A stretch of 64,000 bases of DNA from Vicugna vicugna (Eukaryota), in contig MU058714.1 of the NCBI GenBank assembly GCA_013265495.1, positions 930,001-994,000 of the forward strand. Reading direction: 5' to 3'. The translations under genes and the position numbers were made by a program. Positions 39,500-49,564 of this stretch are shown one piece after another. Numbering within the stretch: position 1 is the first letter of the stretch; every line of letters begins with the position of its first letter. Under the pieces are notes generated by a model. That model did not search any database. It saw only the letters and a program-made list of their open reading frames with translations, and was not told the DNA's origin.

Positions 39500-39950
39500 G
39501 TGTGGAAGGCACGGCTCGGTCAGGACCCCCGGACAGGGCGCGGAGGCTGGGGGCCGAAGGGCTGGTCCTGCCCAGGCGTGGAGGTGCTGTCGGGGCAGTG
39601 GCACCCCCACTGAGAGGGAAAGCCGTGATGGGACGGAGAGACCTGGGGAGGGTGGTCTGGAGGCCTGGGGACAGCTGCAGGGTGTGTGACCCCTGATGAA
39701 GGCAGAGATGGTACAGCGACGTGTGAAGGACGTGTCCCAGGTCCTCTGAGCAAGTCCTGGACGAATGCGAGGGACTCGGCACAGGCTGATGCCGGTGACT
39801 AAGGGAGGAGCCCAGAGGGTGGCGTGCGTGGTGCACGGCGAGGGATCCGGCCGTGGATTTGTTCTCGGGGGTGCCGCCAGGAGGAGCACGTATGTGGTGG
39901 GAGAAGAGAAGGGAGGCTGAGTCACAGCCGCATCTGAGGATGGACGGGGA
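39500..39950 (-). mobile_element. Probable L2 fragment, GC-shifted
   Basis: aagccgtgatgggacggagagacctggggag resembles L2 (aagccatgggagtggatgagatcacccagggag). Confidence 0.4.
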
Positions 39951-40854
39951 GAATGGGCAGGCGGGGAGGAGGCGAGAGACCTGGGAGTGGGGAGGAGGGG
40001 ACGCAGGGGGAGGGAAGTGAAGGCGGGGTGGGGACTGGCCTTCCAGAGAGCCCTGGGTTCGGCCGTGAAGACCCCGCGCCTCCCGCGGGCTCAGTCTACG
40101 CACCGTAATGACAGTCAGAACAGGTTCAGAAGGTTCCAGACCAGAGCAGGTCATTTAGTGATGTTATCCTTCCAGGGGGCCGTCAGTGTGCCCCCGCCCC
40201 GTGAGGGAGGCAGTGTGGCCGCCGCTCCCCTCGCTGGGCCTCCGGCCAGGGGAGGAGAGAGCACATCACACACACGCCAGGCCTCCTGCCACCACTTACC
40301 TGTCACTTTCCCTCTTCTCTCAGCGTTTTTGAGGGGAAAGGCCCCTGGTCTGCGGCCAGGCACCTGGCGGACGCGCCGCTGCTTCTGGGCCCCTTGTCTC
40401 GGGGCCGCCCTCTCACGCAGCGGTGGGCCTGGGGGGCACGCCTCTGCCGGTGCCCAGGTGAAGCCGCATCTCTGCCCTGCGGGCGGTCGTGCTCCCGCAC
40501 CCTCGGGTCCGACAGGGACTCGGCTCTCGGGAGGTCACCTGGCCGCCGAGGAGAGGCCACGAGGGATAGCGTCAGTGCATCTCCCTCCGCTGCTCGGGCC
40601 AGACCCTCCGGGCGTTTCCTCCTGAGATCGTGCCGAGCAGCAGACCGGCTGTCGGGGCCGCGGACTGCCTGCAGGGACCTGGGCGCTGCAGCCAGACGCT
40701 GGCTTCACCCTTCACCGCCCTGCTCCATCCCGGGGAGCGGAACTTCAGCAAGTCTCAAAATAAGTAAAAATAGAAGCTTGAAACCTCAGATATAACAGCT
40801 TTTTTTGTGTGTGTGAAAAGCTCTTTGGGCTTTGCAGCCCCTGGTAGGAAGTGT

Positions 40855-41900
40855 TTGTTTATTCATTTGTTTGTGCATGAGTGTTCAGTGAGCACCCGCT
40901 CTGGGTCGGGCATCGCGCTCCCCGCAGGGTGCCAGGGAAGCAGGGACCCCGTGACCTCACCTTCACGCGCCTAGTTAGGGCAGGAGGGAGGGGAGGCAGG
41001 GAAGACAGGTGAGTAACAAGCAGGTGCCGTCATGGGTCACAGATGCTGTGCTGGGGCATCTGGAGGCGCTTGGGAGTGCTGGCATAAAAGGGGGGAGCCA
41101 GCCCAGCTCCTGGAGGGGGCGTCTGAGAGCGGGTTCCCAGGGAGTGACGTTCAACCTGATACTTGAAGACGGCAGAGAAAGTGTCCGGGCAAGACCTGGC
41201 GTCGGGGGTGGAGGAGGAGTGGCAAGAGGGCCTGGCGAGGGCTAGAAGGTAGGTGAGAACATGATGGGGCAACAGGCTGGGAAGATCCTTTCTTGTAAGA
41301 CTCACAGAGGCCTAGAGTCAAGGATGGAGATCTCGCAGGGACTTACAGGCCATTTTGAAAAGTTTGCAAGGTCAGAGGGAAGCTGTCAGAAGGTTTTCAG
41401 CAAGTGAGACATTGACTTTTGGAGAATGGATTTGGGTAGAGCAAAACGATGCTGGCAGATCAGCTGGGAGGTTGTAGTAATCTGAGAAATAGATGATGGT
41501 GGTGATGGTGTTGATGGCAGTGGTGGTGATGTGGTGATGATGGTGATGACAAGGATGGTGACGATGACAAGGATGGTGGTGATGATGATGGTGTGATAAT
41601 GGTGATGACAAGGATGGTGATGATGACAAGGATGATGGTGATGACAAGGATGATGGTGGTGATGGTGTGATGGTGACGATGACAAGGATGATGATGATGA
41701 CAAGGATGGTGATGATGACAAGGATGATGGTGGTGATGATGTGATGATGGTGACGATGACAAGGATGGTGGTGATGGTGACGATGACAAGGATGGTGGTG
41801 ACGATGACAAGGATGGTGGTGATGATGATGTGATGACAATGTTAGATGGTGGTGGTGATGGCAGCGGCTTGGTCTGGGTAGTGATAGTGGGTATGGAAAG
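40855..41900 (-). mobile_element. L2 3' portion, interrupted by the GAT/GGT expansion
   Basis: attcatttgtttgtgcatgagtgttcagtgagcaccc..., gagtgacgttcaacctgatacttgaaga, ggaggttgtagtaatctgagaaatagatgatggt, resuming at ggcttggtctgggtagtgatagtgg. Confidence 0.75.
41493..41861. repeat. Compound (GAT/GGT)n expansion with 11 copies of a GACAAGGATG higher-order unit
   Basis: gacaagg at 41548, 41566, 41607, 41625, 41643, 41681, 41699, 41717, 41758, 41785 and 41806. Confidence 0.97.
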
Positions 41901-44900
41901 GGTTATAGCAGCAAGAAGTGGCTTTTAGGGATGTCAGCAGAAAGCCCCTGAGCCGCCAGGGCCCTGGATCCATCTCATGCGGGACCACCACCAAAGACGG
42001 GTATCCTTTGAGCAGACCGACCTTCCTCTGCCTAGCATTTCCCCACAAGTCCTTGCTTCCTACTTGGGAAGGAGAAGGATGGGGTGAAATGTTTGCAGGA
42101 CCCCAGACCAGAGGCAGAACTGGCCCAAATTCTAACATCATGTTTGTTCCTCCTGGACAGTTCTGAGAAAATCTCTCAGGCATTTTCGTTTCTTGAATCT
42201 GAACTTTACGTGTTACTCACAGCCGTAGAAGGATGGAAACAGTGTTACTCGTGCTCACGGTCCTAGTCAGGTGGCACGCGGTAATCTACGCCCGAAACCC
42301 GGAAGAAGCACAGGCGGGGCTGTGGCCACTGCCCCGGGTTTCCTTGTTACAGGGTTCTGTCGGGAGGAGACCCACCGAGCAGAGGCCCTGCTCCTCCTCC
42401 AGTGCTGTCTCCAACCTGCTGCAAGCCCGGCCACAGCGCCCATGTGGCTTCACCGGACCACGGAGGGCCAGCTCAGCCACGGAGAGGAGCCCCTCCTGCG
42501 GCCACGCCATCCAGCCCCTGGCGTCGGTCCTTGCCTGAGGGGGCCACGTCCACGGGGGCCGCAGCCTGACTGCAGCAGCCCGACTGCAGCAGCCCTGCGT
42601 GGGCCTACAGAGCATGTGGAGTTGCTAGCAGGTGTCGCTCTGGGGCGGGAGACCACCACGAGAAGGTGATGTGGTGATGATGGGTCCTCTACCCTCGCAG
42701 AGCCGAGGGCCAGTCTGTCTGCGCCCCTTCCTTCCATGGTTCTCTCCTCTGCCCCTCCCCGGAATCCCCACAGTTGCATTTTATTACATCTGAGACTGGG
42801 ACTTAGTGTAGCATTGTGTCGCACAGTTTGCAGTATCTGAGAGGTTCGCTTTGTCGTTTCGTAGGCTCAGCTGAAATTGTCACAAGTCCCCCAAACGATG
42901 AGACACTTCCTGCACCCCCGCTGCTCCCCCCCCGGGGAGCTGTTGTCCCAGGCATTCCAGTCTTGAAACAAAACCTTAACGTGGTGTGGTGACATTTAAT
43001 TTAGTGCTTCTCATTTCAAAGCCCTTAAAAATATTAATTCCCGTAAACCCCAGGAGGCATATTATTAATATCCGCAGTGCCTTTCATGCTGGTCCATTAG
43101 TGTGTCCTTTCTGTGCAGTGGGTGAGAAAATGAGGCCAGATCGTTTTTGCCCCTCACGGGGGAAGACCTTGATGGAGCCGAGGTCAGAGATAGAGTCCCT
43201 GCCTTGACTGATGTCTCCGAACAGCGGGGCCTCGCGACCCAGAGCGCGGTTTGGGAGCACAACGCTCCTGTGTGGGGCCGATCTCGGGGGACGGTGCCTG
43301 GGCCTCCTTGGAGTGGGGACTTCACAGACCTAGTTCCATGGGGTCTGCGCGTAGGAGCGCAGGCCTGAGGGAAGCTGGATGTGGTCGCTGTAAAGCCTGG
43401 GGCGCAGACGGAGCAGGGAGCACCGTCGCCTGTCCCGGAGGGGCGCACAGTGGGGCGTGGGCACCAAGTGAGCCCTCGCCACCCGGCCTCCCGCCTGCGG
43501 CCTGGGGGAATGTGTGCAGCACAGTGTCCCTGCAGCCGAGGATCAGGAGTGCCACTTCGGGGGCCACGAGGTGGGGGGCTCCTGATGCCGGGGGCGCAGC
43601 TCAGGGCCTTTGGCCGGTGCCTGCCCACCGCCCTGCCGTCCTCCGCCCCTGCCTGCCTTCCATCTGGGCGCCCGGGCTGCTCCTCCATCCATGACTCCGG
43701 CCGATGCTCCGAGCATCCCCGTGCACGGGGCCCCGCCAGGCGCAGCTTCCCCATGGCTCATGGTCCTCCTTCTTAACAGTTTCCTTCAAGTGACATCATG
43801 GCTCTGGGTTGTATGTTTTTTTTTCTTTTTTTAATTTGGGTTTTTTAATATAGTTTTAGAAGTTTATCAAAGTAACAAACATATACATTATTTTTTAAAA
43901 ATCAGCACGTACTCCCACCGAGAGGTAAACTCTTAGCTGTTTTTCTGGTAACTGTGCCCATGTTTTTAATCAACATGAGTACGTTGCTTTTTACTGACTT
44001 ATCAGCTTGGGCGTCTTTGTTGGCGTCCTGCTGTGGCTTTTACACGCGTCACTTCACGCCCCACCCAGTGGGGTTATGGATCTGCTCTTTTCACTTCTTT
44101 TCTAACTGGGCATTTACCATTGAAAGTTCTTTGAAATGGAGCAAAGGGAGGTCAGCATGAAGCAGAGAACCTCCTGATGTCCACACGGGCCCCCCAGCCC
44201 CCGCGCCTCGCCGCACGGCCGCCCCCGCACTCAGGCCGTCGTGCAGCTGGCGCAGTGTCTGGTGAGGTGGCGTCGCGTTGGTGCCTCCGTGGCCGTGGGA
44301 GCAGGCTCTCCGGAGGGCCGGGAGCTGTGCTGCGCTTGTTCTGGACTCTCTGCAGTCGCTCCCTGGCCTGCTGGTCTCTGGTCCCCGCCCCTCTCCGTTT
44401 AATTAGAGGCCTCCTGCCTCCTCCTCCAGTGTTGCGCTGTGTGTTTATTTTCTAGGCAGACTTCGGTAGCAGCTCGTGGAACTCCGTGAGGTAGCTCGTT
44501 GCGTTCACTGGGAGCACATGGACGTTGTTAACCTGGGGAGAGCAGCGGTCCCCAGAACGTGGGTGCCTCCTGCCCAGGCTGGGAGCGGCTCCCGCTTGTT
44601 CAGGCCTCCTTCTGTGTTTTCCACGAGAGTTTTATGAAGTTTCCTTGTTGGTGCATTTCTTGTTGAGTTTCATCTTCTTTGTTGCTTTAGAAGTGGGGGC
44701 TCCTTACGGGGCCGCCCTCTAACCGTCTGCTGTGCACATGCACATGAAGGCTGCTGGCCGCTTGCGTCCCCGCGGGGGCCTGTGAACTCGGTGCGCAGCT
44801 CTGCTCACAGCAGGGGTCCAGGCCTGGGCGGGGGCGGGGGGTGGGTGGGCGATGTGACTAAGCGGGAACCGGCCACTGCTTCCCCCCCCGGGGTCGGCGT

Positions 44901-45127
44901 CCTAACCTCCTCTCCTTGCTTCTCTGCACACCGTACCTTCCTGTGTTTAGGACAGTTGCTCTTCCATGTTCCAGACAGTTCTTCCAGACAGAGCCAGTGC
45001 TTCTGAGACGTGCTCTTGATACCGCAGTGGCGCTGCCTTTTACGCTGTGTTACCGCGTGGTGGGCGTGACTCATTTACCTGATGGGACCGTCAGTCGTTC
45101 TCAGTAAACATCTGTTGAGTCTGTGAA

Positions 45128-45245
45128 TTTTCACAACCACCCTGTGAAGTAGCTGGAGAAAGCGGGGGTCACTTGTCCAGGGCCACGTGGCTCTTAGGGG
45201 TGCACTCGGAGTGCAGGGTGGAGTCTTGACTCCAGGTGCCCTGTG
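45128..45245 (-). mobile_element. MIR next to the exon 4 acceptor region
   Basis: acaaccaccctgtgaagtag...ggtcacttgtccagggccacgtggct...gtcttgactccag. Confidence 0.7.
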
Positions 45246-45282
45246 ATCCCTGCTGAGTGTCTTGCTTTTCCTCCTGCACCAG

Positions 45283-45441
45283 GCCCGGTACAAGCAGAGC
45301 CTGGACCCCACCGTGGACGAGGTGAAGAAGCTTTGCACGTCTCTACGCCGAAACGCCAAGGAGGAGCGGGTCCTCTTCCACTACAACGGCCACGGGGTGC
45401 CCAGGCCCACCGTGAACGGCGAGATCTGGGTCTTCAACAAG
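45283..45441 (+). CDS. RPTOR: RPTOR coding exon (exon 4 equivalent), 159 nt, [53 protein letters not shown]
   Basis: Acceptor cttttcctcctgcaccAG, donor AAG|GTGGGC, phase 0-0. Contains the RNC HYNGHG motif (His codon 45391-45393) and continues in frame from ...WQPR. Confidence 0.99.
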
Positions 45442-45593
45442 GTGGGCGTGCCGTAAGAGGTTCCGGTGAACCGAATCCGTTTCTCTTTCTGCCAGAAAAT
45501 CTGTTAGTTTTGGTGGCAGCTGCAGGCCCAGTTCCTCTGCAGGGTCTGTGGACAGTGACGTTTAAATGTGGGAGGAGTGCACAGGGCCAGGGG

Positions 45594-45610
45594 CTCGCCA
45601 CCTGGTGGGA
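45594..45610 (-). promoter_or_regulatory. CTCF core motif CCACCAGGTGGCGAG
   Basis: + strand ctcgccacctggtggga; the reverse complement matches CCACYAGRKGGCR. Motif only, binding not shown. Confidence 0.55.
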
Positions 45611-45688
45611 AGGTGGGGAGCACTTGGACTTCGGTGGTAAATAGGCCAGCACACAAGCTGTCTCTTTTGGAAACCATATTGAGGGAAT

Positions 45689-46090
45689 GGCTGTCGAGGA
45701 AGTCACGGGGTCTGGCGTATGGGACTTGTCCTCTCCCTCTGGGTGTCGAAGTCACGGGGTCTGGCATATGGGACTTGTCCCCACCTCCGGCTATCGAGGA
45801 AGTCACGGGGTCTGGCGTATGGGACTTGTCCCCCCCTGGCTGTCGAGGAAGTCACGGAGTCTGGCGTATGGGACTTGTCCCCCCCTGGCTGTCGAGGAAG
45901 TCACAGGGTCTGGCGTATGGGACTTGTCCCCACCTCCGGCTGTCGAGGAAGTCACGGGGTCTGGCGTATGAGACTTGTCCCCACCTCCGGCTGTTGAGGA
46001 AGTCACGGGGTCTGGCGTATGGGACTTGTCCCCCCCTTCCGGCTGTCGAGGAAGTCACGGGTCTGGCACGTGGGACTTGTCCTCCCTCTG
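45689..46090. repeat. 49-51 bp minisatellite, 8 copies
   Basis: Consensus GGCTGTCGAGGAAGTCACGGGGTCTGGCGTATGGGACTTGTCCCCACCTCC; the gggacttgtc core recurs near 45721, 45770, 45821, 45870, 45919, 45970, 46021 and 46072. Confidence 0.98.
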
Positions 46091-46761
46091 TGGGGTGGGA
46101 GTTGTTCGCATTTCTCTGGGAAAGGCCTCAGGAACATGGGCCTTCTAGTCTAAACAACTACAAGATTTCTCACTTTAGTTAGAATCTCCCTTGAGAATCA
46201 GTCACGTTCCTGGAAGATGAATCGATGTCAGTGTCTCGAAGAGCTGACACCAGGCAGGGCCTCACTCTGCTCTCTCCGAGGTCAGCGTGGCTGGCCTCCT
46301 GCAGCCCTCAGTCCAAGCCTGGGGTGGAAGTGGGGGGTAGGCGCGCCCCTTCCCAGCACCCCGGGCTCGTCCTGCAGGGTGGGAACGCTGGCCTCCCACC
46401 GTGTCCTCCCAGAAGGGCGCCATCTGCAGGGTGAGCCCTTGGCCGCAAGGCTGCCATACATGCTGGACCAAACTCCAGATTTCAGCCACGCCACTTACCA
46501 GCTCTTGGACCATGGACAGACGAAAACCTTCCTGGACCTCCGTGTCCTGACTGCGAGAGCTCTTCAGGGTTGTGGTGGGATGAAAGGAGGTGGGCGTCTG
46601 GAGCGCCAGCACACCGCTCGCATGGCGGACCCTCAGCGGACCTCCACGCCCGGCACGTCCCTCCGTCGGTTTTTGCAGTTGATGATCCCTTAATGACGTG
46701 TGATGCTGGGCACTTTGCAAACGCTTATCTGCCATCTGTATGTTTGTGTGCATGTGTGTGT

Positions 46762-46935
46762 ATTGAGTTACAGTCAGTTGCAATGCTGTGTCGGTTTCTG
46801 GTGCACACGTCATGGCTCAGTCACACGTGTGCGCACACAGATTCCTTTTCGTATTCTTTTTCACTATAGGTCACTACAAAGTAGTGACCACCGTTTCCTG
46901 TGCTGCACGGCGTGGACTTGTGGTCTGTGCATTTT
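46762..46935 (-). mobile_element. Artiodactyl-type L1 3' end (L1_Art-like)
   Basis: attgagttacagtcagttgcaatgctgtgtcggtttctggtgcac...ttccttttcgtattctttttcactataggtcactacaa...cctgtgctgcac. Confidence 0.85.
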
Positions 46936-46939
46936 CCTT

Positions 46940-47115
46940 GGCGGGGTTTCCGTACCTTGCGCCCACTTTTAAATACGTGTTTTATAAATACTTCCTCCCA
47001 TTCTGTGACTTGTGTTTTCATTCTCTGAATAGTGGGCATTGACTTTTTGAAGAGTCCAGACCAGTTATCCTCTAGAATGTCATATTCAGGCTTAATTTCT
47101 TTGTTTTCTCATGAG
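46940..47115 (-). mobile_element. L1ME/MC-like fragment
   Basis: ttttgaagagtccagaccagttatcctctagaatgtc. Confidence 0.55.
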
Positions 47116-47124
47116 TGTATTTCA

Positions 47125-48410
47125 GACTGGATAAAAAGCAATATCAAACTTTGTGTCGTCCATAGGAGATGCGCTTGAAATACAGAGCAGATAGGGTGGA
47201 ACGTGAAGAGGTGTGTCTGAAATAGCATCTGTAGGAGAGCTGCAGGGGCCACATCACTAACCAGAAAACAGTCCTCGAGACAAGGGGTGTTGCCACAGGT
47301 GAAGAGGGCCGCTCCGCGGTGACACTCTGGTCAGGAAGGCACTGGCTGTCCCGAATGTGCAGATGGCCAGTAGGGGAGTTCAGAGCACACAAAGCAAGAT
47401 TGCCAGCACCAAAGGGAGAAGGGCACACGTCTAGAATTCTGGCTGCTTGTTTGAATAACTATCGGGCAGTAATTGATAGGTTAAAACTGATGTTAAAAAT
47501 TAAAGAGAAACTTGATAGTTAAAAACTTCCTCACAAAGAAAACTCCAGACATAGTACATTTTTTTCTAGCCCAAAAAAAAAAAAAATCAGTTACCATTAC
47601 AGGAGACCAGAGCAATTCTGTGCATGGCTGACTCAGTCGCGGAGCACGGCCCCAGCGCCCACAGGACACACTCCAGTGCGGTGGGGCACTCGGCGCCAGC
47701 GGCTCAGGGCCGGGTCCCAGTGTGTCTCAGGAACGACTGAAGGACTGAACTTGTGCAGGGTGCATTCTCTGACCACAGAATCTGAACTTGTAGGATATCT
47801 GGGATATCCTCAAGTATTTGGAAATTAAATAACGCACATATCAAAAAAAGGTATCACACGGGAAAATGAAAGTAATTCAAACTAAACCACAATGAAACTG
47901 TGACTTGTCAAAGTGTAAGGACACAGCAAAACAGCGCTTATGTGACAGCATGTGGCCTTACTGAGCCCGTATGCAAAATGAAGGAAGGCTTGAGTGAAGA
48001 CCTGGGTTTCTGCCCTAAGGAGCTAGAAAACTTGCTGCGCAGCCTGAACTCAAGGTAAGTAGAATGAAGCAGCGATGAGAGCACAGGTCAGCAGGATGGA
48101 GAAGGCAGTCGAGGAGGTTAACAGCTGAAACTGAGGTTTTGGAAAACATCTGTAGCTTTGACAAGCCTTTGGCTGGGTGGCAGAAGGAAGGGGAGACACA
48201 CCAGCATTTAGGACGAGAGGAGAGACAGCGCCACAGACAGTGAGAAGTCATGGGAATGTCAGCAGTTTCAGGCCAGCGCAGGTAACAACTTAAAATTCGA
48301 TGGAAAATGCCTTTTAAAATGCAGCTTTCCAAAAGCGGCCCAAAATGAAATGGATAATCTGAACAGCCTTCTGTCAATCAAGAAACATTGATTTCATAGT
48401 TAAAACCTTC
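47125..48410 (+). mobile_element. Ancient L1 ORF2 endonuclease and linker region, sense to RPTOR, non-coding relic
   Basis: cagactggataaaaagcaa..., gcattctctgaccacag (FSDH motif), ggaaattaaataac, ttttggaaaacatc...tgacaagcct, gaaatggataatctgaacag. Confidence 0.88.
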
Positions 48411-48549
48411 TTACGTGCTTACTGACGGCTGGCTGGATATTTTTATGTAAATAACATCAGCAGAATGTTTCCTGGTCGCCCTGTGTAAACTGTTAAACTG
48501 TAGGTGGGAGGGGTGGGACGTGCTCTTTGTGATGCCTAGAAAGTGCAGG

Positions 48550-48731
48550 TGAATAAGGCAGATAAACCACAAGGACCCACCGTACAGCGCCGGGAACTCG
48601 GTTCAGTTTCTTGTAGTAACACGTAATGGAAAAGAATCTGAGAAGAAAATGCGTGTATGTGTATGCATAACTGAGTCACTTTGCTGTACACCTGAAACTC
48701 ACATTGAGTCAACTACATTTCAATAAAAAAA
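48550..48731 (+). mobile_element. Artiodactyl-type L1 3' end with poly(A) signal
   Basis: gataaaccacaaggaccc...gggaactcggttcagtttcttgtagtaac...ggaaaagaatctg...ctgagtcactttgctgtacacctgaaact...caataaaaaaa. Confidence 0.9.
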
Positions 48732-49564
48732 TTTTTTTGATTATAACACACGCGCACACAAAGTACAGGTGATACCAGAACTGGAAAGTGAACGTCCCTG
48801 TTTGCACACGCACACGCACTGCCTGCGCCAGGGTCCTCAGGGCACCGGCCCCAGCCCGCCAGCCGCAGCATTCGGGGAATTTATAAGACACGCAGGTCAC
48901 CAGACGCCCCGCCCACGGCCGCCGCAGCCTGTGCCGGGGAGGGGCTCAGAGAGCAGCGTTCCAGCGGGCCCTCCAGGCCGCGCCGACGCTCGCGCGTCTG
49001 AGAGCTCTCCCGCCGTAAATCTGGTTTTCCAATACAGGGTATCTGAGAAATCGATTAAGATATGATTGATCTGAGGTTTTATGTCTACAAGCATCAAGAA
49101 AACAGTATTTAAAAAGGAACTTTAAAGCTTTTATAAAGAGAGAGTCCCAAGCTTTCCATCACTTGCCCCAAAGAAGTAGAATTTTTACTGATGGTCTGCA
49201 ACTCCCGTAAGCAAACACAAAATGCTAGAAAGGTCAAGTTTACAAATAAAATTAACAGCTTTGGGGGTTGGCATGCTGCACCCTCAATATGGATACAGTA
49301 ATAATTACAACAGATGGGGAAGTGGTCTGGCACAAATACTGCTTTTAGGAAATCACAAATGTATCTTTTTGCTAATAGCACATTTAGAAACCTTTATGAT
49401 CCATCTTTCAACAGCGTCAGTAATGAGCTGTATGGTAAACCAGGGTAAGAAACGTCTATTTGATAGTAACGTGCAGTTTTCCAAAACCAATAAATCCTGT
49501 TATTTAAGTACCATTTGTTTAGAACCACTCATGAGGCGAACGGTTGTTTAGCTGTAACTAAGGA

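Larger units (their letters stand above)
6410..45282 (+). other. RPTOR: RPTOR intron, 38,873 bp including the N gap
   Basis: GT...AG boundaries; the flanking exons join in frame (QPR|ARY). Confidence 0.93.

Noticed and set aside
41493-41861. GACGATGACAAG (DDDK, FLAG/enterokinase-like) and reverse-strand poly-His ORFs suggesting a synthetic tag
   Set aside because: No DYK part, frames slip repeatedly, and the repeat is embedded in a natural L2 fossil; the match is coincidental.
45722-46082. GGGACTTGTCC as NF-kB sites
   Set aside because: One base too long for GGGRNWYYCC; it fits the p53 half-site better.
45689-46090. Regularly spaced repeats suggesting a CRISPR array
   Set aside because: Units are head-to-tail with no unique spacers, there are no cas genes, and the context is a mammalian intron.
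45568-46182. Long ORFs across the VNTR and other 150-260 aa ORFs (39360-40154, 52103-52852, 7055-7735, 43065-43754)
   Set aside because: Low-complexity Pro/Arg/Gly/Ala products of GC-rich DNA lying over repeats, with no recognisable domains.
47125-48410. Active or intact L1
   Set aside because: Fragmentary, frameshifted and heavily diverged, with no 5' UTR or ORF1 attached.
49109-49551. Processed pseudogene or transposase remnant in the AT-rich block
   Set aside because: I cannot match the short ORFs to any protein and see no poly(A) tail or target-site duplication. It is kept only as an unassigned block.
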